A DNA stretch of 53,904 bases from a virus. Its lineage: Duplodnaviria; Caudoviricetes. Under the pieces are notes generated by a model. That model did not search any database. It was given only the letters and a program-made list of their open reading frames with translations, and was not told the origin of the DNA. The translations under genes were made by a program, and so were the position numbers. Of the stretch, positions 26,992 through 36,286 are shown piece by piece. Where the stretch lies: positions 1 to 53,904 of IMG/VR virus record IMGVR_UViG_3300034022_000969; one strand, given 5' to 3'. Positions within the stretch are counted from its first letter, which is position 1. The number at the start of each line of letters is the position of its first letter.

Positions 26992-27049
26992 ACAGGTCTT
27001 TGAATCGTGTTTGATCACGGTTATCCTGTGATCTGAGTCAATGGAACAA

Positions 27050-27098
27050 CCAACAGCTCGCAACCCCACACAACTGGGGCGGCGAGCTGCTTTCGTTT
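27050..27098 (+). promoter_or_regulatory. Conserved leader hairpin, copy F (before tape measure gene)
   Basis: CCAACAGCTCGCAACCC...GCGAGCTG-CTTTCGTTT; upstream TTGAAT-16-TATCCT. Confidence 0.6.
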
Positions 27099-27109
27099 GT
27101 GGAGTTAAC

Positions 27110-30064
27110 ATGGCAGGCACGATCGCCGATCTTGTCGCGAAGATTACCGGAAACATCTCGGGATTCCGGCAAGCCATGTCCGACGGTGCGAACGCAACGG
27201 ACGGATTCGCCAAGGCTTGGACCAAGGCCGGTTCCGATGTGGCGACGGCGGCCAGTCGGATCTCGATCGGCGTCGGCACAATGGTCGGGGCGGTGGTCGG
27301 CTACACGGCCAAGATGGGCATTGCATTCAATACGATGAAGGAGGACGCGCTCGCCGACTTCACGGTGATGCTGCAATCCGCAGTCAAAGCCAAGGAGATG
27401 CTGGCTGACATTCAGGATTTCGCGGCGAAGACTCCGCTGGAAACGTCCGATATCACCGGGGCAGCCAAGACGTTGCTACAGTTCGGGGTCGCGGGTGATT
27501 CCATTTTGCCGATGCTGAAGCGGCTCGGGGATGCCAGCGGCGGAAACTCGGAACGATTCAAGGCCATGTCCCTGGCATTCGGCCAGATGAGTTCCACGGG
27601 TCATTTGATGGGGCAGGATCTCCTGCAGATGATCAACGCCGGTTTCAACCCGCTGAACGAGGTGGCCAAGCGAACTGGCGAGTCAATGGACGCGCTCAAA
27701 GAGCGAATGTCGAAAGGCAAGGTCTCGACGGCGGAAGTGACGCAGGCCTTCATCGATGCCACGTCCGAAGGGGGAATGTTTTTTAATCTGATGGACATCA
27801 AGTCCCGCACGATGACCGGTCTTTGGTCGACAATGGTCGACAACATGAAGATCAATGCGGGCAAGATCTTCGAGCCGTTTTCGGGTGGCTTGAAGCGGAT
27901 GATGGATGACGTTGGCGGGTCTCTGGATGGCGGAGCGGCGACAACAACAGTGTTCCGTCTTCAGCAGGCGGTCGAAGGGATCGTTGTCGAGCTCGAAAAG
28001 CTGGCAAGCCAAAACGGTGCTGGGATCATCGAGAGTTTGGCGGACGGATTTGTGTGGCTGGCAGAAAGCACGGCGAAGTTCACCAAGTATCTTGCCGAGC
28101 AAGGTCCGGCACTGATGCAAACGGCATCTGGTTGGATGGCAATGCTTAAGCCGATCATGCAGTTCGTGGCCGATCATCCCCAGGTTCTTGCGGCACTGAT
28201 CGCGCTGAAAGTCGGAGGGATGCTCGGGCTGAATCAGGCGGCAGTGTCACTGGCGGCGGCAATATGGCAAACGATTCCATCATTTTCCACCATGACGACA
28301 GCAGTTGGGGGAACAACGGGTGCGTTGAAGCTGCTGTCGGGGCTGGGAACGGTTGCGTTAATCGCGGCGGTGGCGGTGGTGGCTCACCAGGCCGCGACCG
28401 AGATGTCTGGCTGGGGAGAAGAGACGCGCAAGGCTGCGGCGGAAATGAAAAAGGCCACCGACCAGGCCAAAGAGCTCGACACACTGCGAGGTGATCAGAA
28501 GCTGGAGGAACAGCGGAGAAAGCAGGAAGATGTTGACCGCGAATCCGATCCCGATAAAAAGAAAATGATTCTGCGGGGCCAGTTGGGCAAAGCGGAGCAA
28601 GAGGCTCAAGGCAAGGGGGCGTCAGCGAAGGGAGCAGCAAAGAACGCGGATGAACTGGAATCGCAGTGGGGTGGCTCGTTGTCAAAAGTGGCTCAGGTCG
28701 CCAGAGAGGAAGCAAAGACAGCGGCACAAGAGGCCTTGGACGCGGCTCGGGAAGTGGATAGGATCAAACGCGAAATCCAGCGACTTGACCGAGACGCAGC
28801 TGCGCAACAACTGAGTGCTGCCAATGCCGCAAAAAAAACCGATGGCCAAGTCGTTCCCGTCACGGTCGGCAGCGTGTCGGTCGCTGTCAGTCCGAAGGAA
28901 CAGGCGGCTGCCGACAAACAGGCCATGAAGGACGAAGCCAAAAAGCAGGACACCGCCGACGACAAGGTGGCACAGTTCCAAGAAAAATTGCGGGACCTGC
29001 AAGGCTCGGTTCCGAACGACCAGCTGCAACAATTCGCGGACCTGTTTGGCCAACTGCGGAAAGAATTTCTCGACGGCCAGATTGATGCTGACCAATACCG
29101 CGACTCGCTCAAATTTCTCGACAACCGCATGCGAGACGCGAGCCAGATTGGGACGCAGTCAAAAAGCCTGTCCGATCAGACCCAGAGCGGGGCGGAACGC
29201 CTCGACACGTATTCGTTCGGTAGCGGTTCGCGGGATGGGGTCGGTGATAGTGTTCTGGCCGGTGCGAATGCCAAATACGATGCCATTGAGCAGGCGGGGG
29301 CGCAACTGGCGGAATCGTTCAAGTCCGGCCAGATCTCCGCCACAATGTACGCTCTGGAAATCGGCCGGCTGAAAAAGGCGACTGACGATGTGACTGAGGC
29401 AGCCATCAGGGAGGAGCAGCAAAAGCGACGTGAAGCCTTGATGAAGGGGGATTTCAAGGGAGCGGGGCTCGATTTTAATCAGTCGGTTCAGCAAAAGATG
29501 CAAGAACGCATGGCCGACCAGCAGATGAGGATTTTCGACAACGCGGTGAATGGAGTCGTCAATCAGTTTTTGCCGCTCGAAGACGTGCTGCAAACCGTGA
29601 ACGATGGCTTTGAGTCGCTCGACAAGGGGTTGGCGTCAGCCTCGCAAAACATTGGTGGCATGGGGAAGGGTGGCGGCAACGATTCCCAAGCCGCAGCCAA
29701 CTTCGCCAACTGGATGAATTCGATCGCGGGACGCATCGCGAACATGCAGAACGAGATATCCTTTCACCAGCAGGCACTGACCGTGCTGACCGATCCGACG
29801 AAACGGCAGGAAGAGATCAACGCCATCGTCAATCTGACGAACCAAATCAGCAAGCTAAGCAGTAGTGTTAGCACCTTCAGCGGGTACAAATCGAACGACC
29901 CGATTTTCAAAGACCCTGGGATCACCGGGGGCGGAAGTCAGTCGTCGGTCACGATTAACCAGCACATTCCGAACGTGCAGAATTTTTCCCAGTCCGATGT
30001 TGACCACTTGGCCAATTCCGTCGCAAATGCCCTGAACCGTCAGGGCCATCGCGCGTTTGCCTGA
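27110..30064 (+). CDS. Tape measure protein
   Basis: FAAKTPLE, LAFGQMSSTGHLMGQDLLQMINAG tape-measure domain; long Ala-rich helical protein with hydrophobic segments. Confidence 0.93.
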   Translation: MAGTIADLVAKITGNISGFRQAMSDGANATDGFAKAWTKAGSDVATAASRISIGVGTMVGAVVGYTAKMGIAFNTMKEDALADFTVMLQSAVKAKEMLADIQDFAAKTPLETSDITGAAKTLLQFGVAGDSILPMLKRLGDASGGNSERFKAMSLAFGQMSSTGHLMGQDLLQMINAGFNPLNEVAKRTGESMDALKERMSKGKVSTAEVTQAFIDATSEGGMFFNLMDIKSRTMTGLWSTMVDNMKINAGKIFEPFSGGLKRMMDDVGGSLDGGAATTTVFRLQQAVEGIVVELEKLASQNGAGIIESLADGFVWLAESTAKFTKYLAEQGPALMQTASGWMAMLKPIMQFVADHPQVLAALIALKVGGMLGLNQAAVSLAAAIWQTIPSFSTMTTAVGGTTGALKLLSGLGTVALIAAVAVVAHQAATEMSGWGEETRKAAAEMKKATDQAKELDTLRGDQKLEEQRRKQEDVDRESDPDKKKMILRGQLGKAEQEAQGKGASAKGAAKNADELESQWGGSLSKVAQVAREEAKTAAQEALDAAREVDRIKREIQRLDRDAAAQQLSAANAAKKTDGQVVPVTVGSVSVAVSPKEQAAADKQAMKDEAKKQDTADDKVAQFQEKLRDLQGSVPNDQLQQFADLFGQLRKEFLDGQIDADQYRDSLKFLDNRMRDASQIGTQSKSLSDQTQSGAERLDTYSFGSGSRDGVGDSVLAGANAKYDAIEQAGAQLAESFKSGQISATMYALEIGRLKKATDDVTEAAIREEQQKRREALMKGDFKGAGLDFNQSVQQKMQERMADQQMRIFDNAVNGVVNQFLPLEDVLQTVNDGFESLDKGLASASQNIGGMGKGGGNDSQAAANFANWMNSIAGRIANMQNEISFHQQALTVLTDPTKRQEEINAIVNLTNQISKLSSSVSTFSGYKSNDPIFKDPGITGGGSQSSVTINQHIPNVQNFSQSDVDHLANSVANALNRQGHRAFA

Positions 30065-30076
30065 TCCGAGAACCAA

Positions 30077-33000
30077 ATGGCCAGATCGCTGACTACTGCC
30101 GCTGCCACGCAAGCCGCTCTCAACACGGGAGCGTTTCCACGTCGCGTTCTCGAAGTCAATTACGGGGGCAGCACGGGGACTAAGTATTACTCGGACGACA
30201 CGTTTACGATTGGCGGGTTTACCACCGATCCTCGCGTGAAAAACTGGGGCACCATGGTCACCGCAGCCGACCCAAACAAAATGGGTGGCAACAGCCAGCT
30301 GACAATCGAGCTGTCCGATTCAGACCACGCTCTGAAAAACATTTGGGACGTGTCGCCGGGGGTGCAAGCGAGGCTCTGCCGACTGTGGCTGTGGTTCGAG
30401 GGGACTGCATGGTCAGACGCGGTCAACCTGTTCGCCGGTGTGATCTCAAACCCGGTCACGTTTACCGAAGCGACCGGGACGTGGAAGTGTACGCTCAAGG
30501 GGATCGAGCTATCCCTAGACCGCAACCTCGGCACTACGTTGACACGGGACCAGTTCAGCGACGTGCAGTGCTCGGACTGCGAAGGAACGCAGATCCCAAT
30601 CGTTTACGGGAATCCCTGCATTCGTGTGGAATGCTGTGCGATCGACAAGCCGGGCTGGGCATGGATGACTGGTCGGCTTGGAATTCATGATGCAACGTTG
30701 TCAATCAATATGGGGGCTCTGGCGGCAGGGTTTACGGTTGGCGTTCCGATTACGCTGATTGTTGGTGAGCAGGGGTCTTGGGAGGAAATCACCGGGATCT
30801 TTCCCAGCCCTACGTCGACGGTGTTCACCATTTATAGCCGTGGTGCGATTCAGGCGTATGGATTTTCTCCTGGCGTTTCCTCGAGCGGTGGATTCTTTTA
30901 TTTCCTAATCAACAGAATCGACATTGATAACCCCGACACGGCACGAACTGGTTATCCGATCTGGACTAAGCACAGTGGCAGTTCGACCTGGCGGCAACAG
31001 ATGGTCGACAACTGGTTTCAGGCCGGGACTGCGCAGGGGGTCGCACTGCAGCCGACCGATTATACGTTTGCAACTGGCGACCAGTGGAAAATCGGCTCGT
31101 ATGCAGGGGTGATTCCGCTGTTTCCCGTGGGAACTCCCGTTCGCGAGTCAGCTCCCTGGACATTTGTGGCAAATATCCTGCCGTCGAAATCGGTGATCCG
31201 GGTCGAGGCCAAAACGACTGTGCAAGATGCGATCCGCGGTGGCACGATGGTCCAGTATCTGACCTATACCAACGATGCCAGCGTTTACACGGTCAACCTG
31301 AACAACCAATCTTTCAATTCGCAGATGGGTCGAGGCTCATCCGATCCCGGCCTGACAACAATCACGATCCAAAAGCCGCCGACGTATTTCAACTTTGAAG
31401 ATTCTCATCTTTATGTCACGCTGCAAGGGTGTGTCGACAACAACAACCCGTCGACAGGAACGGTCCTCGAAAATCCGAGCGATGTCATCGGGCACATGCT
31501 GACCAGCATCTCGCTGGGAAATATCAATACGAGCTACATTGACGCGACCTCGTTTGCTGCCACGAAAACGACGTTGGCGGCGATCCCGATTCGAATGGCG
31601 TTTGCGATCAACAGCGTGAAGAAATTGCATCAGGCGGTGAGCGAATTGGCGTTTCAAGCGATGTGCCTGTACTACTGGGACCAGGGCAAAGCGTTTCTCG
31701 TGTCGCTGGTCACACCGCCAACGGGCACCAGTGTGCTGACGGTCAGCCCGAGCAACTATCGCAACAAGTCGCTGCAGCTCGATCAGTTCGACGTGCGAGA
31801 AATCACCACCGAATTATCGGCGACGTTTCGCATGAGTCAGTCCAGCCCGCAAATCACGATCAAACGAGTTCAGCCCGCAGCTGTGGCAGCCTACAACAAT
31901 CGGCAAGATACGATTGACCTATGGGCGTTTCAACTCCCCAGCAACGTGGCGCTGATCACGGAGTTTTGGCTGGCGTATCGGCTAAATCGGCAACGCTCGG
32001 TCAGGTTTGACCTGTTTTTGCATGCTCTCAAGCTTCAGCCAGGCGACACGATCACGGTCAACGCGACCGATGGAAACAGCGGAACATTGATGAGCAGTCA
32101 GAAAGCTCGAGTGCAATCGATCTCGCATCAGGCAGCGGACGGTCGACGGCAGCTCATGGAAAAGATGACAGTCACCGCTGAATACACGCTGTGGCCGTGG
32201 ACAGTGACCGGCGTGATTTCGCCGCTGCGGGACTGTACGGCTGCGATTGGCTCACCAAGTCCCGTTGGGCAAGATGGGTATTTGTCGGTAAATACCGGAC
32301 AAGGGACCGGATCGGGAAGCGGGTCTGGATCTGGAAGTGGATCTAGTTCGGGGAGCGGTTCGGGGAGTGGGAGCGGATCAGGATCGTCGAATTGTCTTGG
32401 GTTTGCGACGTTAATGATGTCTGGGTGGCCAACAGACGCGACGTATGGCCCTAATTTTTCAAATTTAAATGGATCATTTTGTTTATCGCAACCGAGCTAC
32501 CCTGGTCCTGGTTCATTTGCGGGCACGATTTATGATGGGGCGGTTTTGAAGTGGACACTGTTTGCTCAAGCAACAAGTTCTTCTTCGTTGAGGGTCGTAA
32601 TCGCATCAGGAAGCGGCAGTCCGCTATACATGTTTGAGTACGGTAATCGATCGGTCACGTCAACGACTTGCAACGCAACCGTTACAGCATCAAATTTTAC
32701 GTTCAATAGTCCGTTTGCCCCGCCAAGTTCCGTGTCCATAAAGTGGCTGACATCAAGTTGTTCTGGCAGCGGCAGCGGCAGCGGCAGCGGTTCTGGCTCC
32801 GGTTCCGGCTCGGGAAGTGGTAGCGGATCTGGGTCTGGGTCGGGGTCCGGCAGCGGTTCAGGATCTGGCAGCGGCAGCGGGTCAGGCAGTGGCACAGGAG
32901 GATCGGTGAACCTTACAGGAGCAGGCAGTTGGACGGTCCCAGCTGGCGTGACGGTCATTGCCATCACGGGGCAAGCAGCAGGAGGTGGTGGCGGAGCTGG

Positions 33001-33475
33001 GGATTCTGGCGGACCGTTTGCCATGAACCAAGGGGGGGCGGGTGGCGGACAGGGCGGGAAATTTGTGCATTCTTCGTTGGCGGTCACACCGGGTCAGACA
33101 TTCTCCTATTCCGTGGGAACGAGCGGGGCCGGTGCGCCGAACACAACTTGTGCCAGTGGCTCGACAGGGGGCAACACAACGTTTGGAGGGCTAATCGCAT
33201 ACGGTGGAACTGGCGGTGGAAGTTGCAACGGAACAGGGTCGACGCAAGGCCTTGGAGGATCGGCGGGTGGCGGGCAAACCAATACGACCGGAAATAATGG
33301 ATCGGCGGGTGGCGGATCTAACTCAGGCGGTTCTGGCGGTGGCGGTGCGAGTGGTGGCGCTTCGGGGGCAAACGGGGCAAACGCGACTGCGGGGACTGGT
33401 GGCGGAGGCGGCGGCGGCGGCAAAAATGGAAACGGGGGAGCTGGTGACAATGGATCACTTACCGTCAGTTGGTGA
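30077..33475 (+). CDS. Tail tip/hub protein fused to Ser-Gly tracts and a glycine-rich C-terminal domain
   Basis: Follows TMP; IPIVYG, ENPSDVI, LQPGDTI hub motifs; SG tracts; WTVPAGVT..I...AAGGGGG domain. Confidence 0.85.
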   Translation: MARSLTTAAATQAALNTGAFPRRVLEVNYGGSTGTKYYSDDTFTIGGFTTDPRVKNWGTMVTAADPNKMGGNSQLTIELSDSDHALKNIWDVSPGVQARLCRLWLWFEGTAWSDAVNLFAGVISNPVTFTEATGTWKCTLKGIELSLDRNLGTTLTRDQFSDVQCSDCEGTQIPIVYGNPCIRVECCAIDKPGWAWMTGRLGIHDATLSINMGALAAGFTVGVPITLIVGEQGSWEEITGIFPSPTSTVFTIYSRGAIQAYGFSPGVSSSGGFFYFLINRIDIDNPDTARTGYPIWTKHSGSSTWRQQMVDNWFQAGTAQGVALQPTDYTFATGDQWKIGSYAGVIPLFPVGTPVRESAPWTFVANILPSKSVIRVEAKTTVQDAIRGGTMVQYLTYTNDASVYTVNLNNQSFNSQMGRGSSDPGLTTITIQKPPTYFNFEDSHLYVTLQGCVDNNNPSTGTVLENPSDVIGHMLTSISLGNINTSYIDATSFAATKTTLAAIPIRMAFAINSVKKLHQAVSELAFQAMCLYYWDQGKAFLVSLVTPPTGTSVLTVSPSNYRNKSLQLDQFDVREITTELSATFRMSQSSPQITIKRVQPAAVAAYNNRQDTIDLWAFQLPSNVALITEFWLAYRLNRQRSVRFDLFLHALKLQPGDTITVNATDGNSGTLMSSQKARVQSISHQAADGRRQLMEKMTVTAEYTLWPWTVTGVISPLRDCTAAIGSPSPVGQDGYLSVNTGQGTGSGSGSGSGSGSSSGSGSGSGSGSGSSNCLGFATLMMSGWPTDATYGPNFSNLNGSFCLSQPSYPGPGSFAGTIYDGAVLKWTLFAQATSSSSLRVVIASGSGSPLYMFEYGNRSVTSTTCNATVTASNFTFNSPFAPPSSVSIKWLTSSCSGSGSGSGSGSGSGSGSGSGSGSGSGSGSGSGSGSGSGSGSGSGTGGSVNLTGAGSWTVPAGVTVIAITGQAAGGGGGAGDSGGPFAMNQGGAGGGQGGKFVHSSLAVTPGQTFSYSVGTSGAGAPNTTCASGSTGGNTTFGGLIAYGGTGGGSCNGTGSTQGLGGSAGGGQTNTTGNNGSAGGGSNSGGSGGGGASGGASGANGANATAGTGGGGGGGGKNGNGGAGDNGSLTVSW
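32309..32389 (+). repeat. Ser-Gly tract 1 (27 aa)
   Basis: GSGSGSGSGSGSSSGSGSGSGSGSGSS with mixed codons. Confidence 0.95.
32762..32893 (+). repeat. Ser-Gly tract 2, (SG)22
   Basis: 44 alternating codons; all six Ser codons are used. Confidence 0.95.
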
Positions 33476-34313
33476 CGTTTTGAAGATTGACCTCGCAACG
33501 CCGGGGCTGTTTTGCGCCGGACTTGGCGACTGCGTCACTTGGGCGTGGATTGCTGCGGGGTCGACTCGTCCACTGCAATTTTTTGCGAGAGGCAGCAACG
33601 CGGAGATGCTGCGGCTGTTCGGCTGCGATGTCACCGAGGACAATACTGACGCGATCGATCCTTCATTCGGATATCGAGCGGAAACCAACACCGGCTGTAA
33701 GATCCCGCGTGTCGAGATCTGGAAAAAGGTCTTGCAAATCGGCGGGACGGTGACGAGGCCCAGCTGCACGCGTAACCCAATCCGCAATCCAAATCCTCGT
33801 CGGATCATGTTGGCCCCGCACTGTAATTTCGTGTCGCGAACATGGCCTGCGGCGTACTGGCTCGATCTGAACTGGTCGCTATTGCACGCAGGCTACGAGG
33901 TGGTCTGGTTGATGGCACACAACGACCAAACCTACGTCAATCGCGGTCCTTCGATGGCATTCTGGGGGAACGGTTTCAGCACGGTTATCGATCTGATGAT
34001 GACTTGCGAACTGGTTGTCGGGAACGACTCGATGCCGGCGCATCTGGCCGGAACGCTCGGGCTTCCCGTCCTGGCGTTGATGGGTCCGACAAGCCCGAAC
34101 GTGTTTGCTCACATTCCCAACGTCGTAGCGATGCAATCCGATGCCGTAAAATGTGTCGGCTGTCACTTTGGGGCACCGTATCGAGCCGGTTGTGGTCTTG
34201 GTTGCCAGTCCCTGTTTACTCTGTTGCCACAAAATATCATGGCGGAAATCGAACAACGTGTTTCGATTCAAAAGCCAACTTTACGATTCCTCAAATTGGA
34301 AACGAACGAATGA
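33450..34313 (+). CDS. Glycosyltransferase family 9 (heptosyltransferase-like)
   Basis: AGLGDCV, SRTWPAAYW, LVVGNDSMPAHLAGTLGLPVLALMGPT, C-terminal CVGC..C..C; start 33450 or TTG 33480. Confidence 0.88.
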   Translation: MDHLPSVGDVLKIDLATPGLFCAGLGDCVTWAWIAAGSTRPLQFFARGSNAEMLRLFGCDVTEDNTDAIDPSFGYRAETNTGCKIPRVEIWKKVLQIGGTVTRPSCTRNPIRNPNPRRIMLAPHCNFVSRTWPAAYWLDLNWSLLHAGYEVVWLMAHNDQTYVNRGPSMAFWGNGFSTVIDLMMTCELVVGNDSMPAHLAGTLGLPVLALMGPTSPNVFAHIPNVVAMQSDAVKCVGCHFGAPYRAGCGLGCQSLFTLLPQNIMAEIEQRVSIQKPTLRFLKLETNE

Positions 34314-34924
34314 ACGGGCCTTGGAACGAAGATCATCTTGCCGCGTATTTGCCGGACCGAGCCAGAACGGCCGTGATCGTTGGTGCGAACGAAGGACAAT
34401 GGGTCAAGCGATGCTCGCCGTTGTTCGACCGGGTTGTCGCGATCGAGCCAGACGCAGCAAACGTGGCCATGCTGATCGATCTGAACTTGCATAACGTCAG
34501 CATCGTCGCGGCGGCGGCATGGATGACCGAGGGGCACACGTTACCGTTTCACGTGCGAGATCATCAGCCCATGTCGGGAGCTTTGGCAGCCCGCGACATA
34601 AGACGAAACGACGAGGTCAGCCGCACGATCGAGATGAATCTGGTAACGATCGACAGTTTAAATCTTGTGGACTGCGATTTTCTGATTGTCGATACCGAGG
34701 GTGCCGAACTGGACGTAATGCGGGGAGCAACGCAAACAATCGAGCGATGCAAGCCGGATCTGATTATTGAATGTCACGAGATCGAAAACCGAATCTGGTT
34801 GGCCAGCTGGCTGGAGCGGTGCGGGTATAACCTGGCTCACATTCACGATCCGGCTCGCGAAATGAACGACGAATGGCAGAGGTTCGTTCACCTCGTTTGT
34901 CATCATTACCGACCGAGGGATTGA
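34310..34924 (+). CDS. FkbM-family methyltransferase
   Basis: IVGANEG, VVAIEPD, VTIDSL, DFLIVDTEGAELDVMRGA..TI...KP.LIIE. Confidence 0.88.
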   Translation: MNGPWNEDHLAAYLPDRARTAVIVGANEGQWVKRCSPLFDRVVAIEPDAANVAMLIDLNLHNVSIVAAAAWMTEGHTLPFHVRDHQPMSGALAARDIRRNDEVSRTIEMNLVTIDSLNLVDCDFLIVDTEGAELDVMRGATQTIERCKPDLIIECHEIENRIWLASWLERCGYNLAHIHDPAREMNDEWQRFVHLVCHHYRPRD

Positions 34925-34926
34925 GC

Positions 34927-35223
34927 GTGAGAAAGCTACTTTACCGACCGATTAAACCGGACCCATGGGCATGGCGAGGCACGGATCTCGGGTCAGATTG
35001 CCCAGCTCGAGGCGAATACCTGCGGACGGAGATGTGCCAGATCGGCTGCAAAGCATCACGAGCACCGTTGCCAATCTACGCATGCCAGAGATTCGGCGAG
35101 TGCTGCCCTTGGAAACTGGACCAGACGGGCAAAATGACCAGCTGCCTCGAGTGTGTGGCAGGCGGGATGCAGTCTCAGTGTGCAGGTTGCCCAGACGCGG
35201 GTAGATCCGATCCGATCACCTAG
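34927..35223 (+). CDS. Small Cys-rich (metal-binding?) protein
   Basis: CPARG, CQIGC, YACQRFGECC, CLEC, CAGC. Confidence 0.65.
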   Translation: MRKLLYRPIKPDPWAWRGTDLGSDCPARGEYLRTEMCQIGCKASRAPLPIYACQRFGECCPWKLDQTGKMTSCLECVAGGMQSQCAGCPDAGRSDPIT

Positions 35224-35404
35224 TCGCTGGGGAGACCTCGACGCCGATGGAATCATTGCACAGGCCAGCCAGAGAAAGTTCCGCTTGGTGTTTGGCGCTG
35301 GCGTCAATCGCGGCCCATTCTGCTACCTCACGGTGAGCAGACACGCCTGCGGAGATTCCCCAGCCGATGACGCAGGTACAGCAGACCAAAAAAATCTCTC
35401 GCAT
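35216..35404 (-). CDS. Small predicted membrane/secreted protein
   Basis: AAAGGA RBS on the minus strand; hydrophobic N-terminus. Confidence 0.5.
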   Translation of the reverse strand: MREIFLVCCTCVIGWGISAGVSAHREVAEWAAIDASAKHQAELSLAGLCNDSIGVEVSPATR

Positions 35405-35451
35405 GATTCGTCCTTTGTGTTGTGAAACGTCAAGAAAAGCTCGCTGGCGTT

Positions 35452-35499
35452 AAACTGTATGACAGTTTCGACCTGAAACGCAAGAACTGTATCACAGTT
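35452..35499. promoter_or_regulatory. Two palindromic operator-like sites AACTGT-ATN-ACAGTT
   Basis: AAACTGTATGACAGTTT (35452-35468) and AACTGTATCACAGTT (35485-35499). Confidence 0.65.
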
Positions 35500-35601
35500 T
35501 TTTCGCAAACCGGCAAAAACAGCCTGGTGGCAGAGGTACGAACGGCGATTTTTGGCGAGGGCTTGGCGAACGGTCGATGACTCACGTGAGGAGATCAGCA
35601 C

Positions 35602-35790
35602 GTGGTCGACAGCCCGAAATTGAATCTGCGATGCCCGACGGCAATCCGCGATGCGCTTGATGCGTACTGCCGGGCCGAGGGGCTCGTGATGTCGCAGCTG
35701 GTGTTGACTGCGATCTGTCGCGAGATCGGCAGGCCGGACCTCTTGGCGGAGATCCGGCCAGAAGGTCGACCAAAAAAACCGACCGAGTAG
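35602..35790 (+). CDS. Ribbon-helix-helix-like DNA-binding protein
   Basis: GAGGAG RBS; KLNLRCP..IRDALDAYC..EG..MSQLV; GRPKK tail. Confidence 0.7.
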   Translation: MVDSPKLNLRCPTAIRDALDAYCRAEGLVMSQLVLTAICREIGRPDLLAEIRPEGRPKKPTE

Positions 35791-35971
35791 GGTCAAGTCT
35801 CACCCGCAGCACCGTGTCACCTAGCGGCGACAATTGCGATCTGCGGCGGTGTGGTGCGAGTCCGTCCGATCTGCCGGACCTGGTCGAGTCCGTGGCAGCC
35901 GTCCGCAGGATTGACCGTTGCGGCCAGCGTCCCCGACCTGATCACCGTCTTCATCTTAGATCCTATGTTCC

Positions 35972-36002
35972 CCTACCAGTCCTCTATAGGAGGACTGGTA
36001 GG
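35972..36002. repeat. Perfect 13-bp inverted repeat
   Basis: CCTACCAGTCCTC-TATAG-GAGGACTGGTAGG. Confidence 0.85.
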
Positions 36003-36102
36003 AATCGAGAGATTCGGGAAGCGGAGCCCAAAGACATAGCTATAGGGGGGAGATTACCCAGATTAACTGGCAGGACCATGTCCAGCAGCATCTGCGGGCC
36101 GT

Positions 36103-36187
36103 GGCAGAGGTGCTGTAGACCGGTCGGCAGAGGTGGCAGACCCCTAAAGAAGAAATTTGGCAGAGGTTGGCAGAGGTTGGCAGAGGT
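36103..36187. repeat. GGCAGAGGT iteron-like direct repeats
   Basis: Copies at 36103, 36126, 36159, 36169, 36179 (last three tandem, 10-bp period); partial copy at 36135. Confidence 0.85.
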
Positions 36188-36258
36188 TTCGAAACCCATG
36201 AAAAATAGTGTTTTCGAAAAATTCTCGAAAAACTTTCGGAAAATGTTATCCCGACATA

Positions 36259-36286
36259 TTGCAATCGCCGAAAGTCAGGATATACT
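36259..36286 (+). promoter_or_regulatory. Sigma70-like promoter of the accessory operon
   Basis: TTGCAA-16-TATACT preceded by phased A-tracts. Confidence 0.55.

Noticed and set aside
36103-36187. CRISPR-like array
   Set aside because: Repeats are 9-10 bp, mostly without spacers, and no cas gene is present; the same applies to 12603-12643
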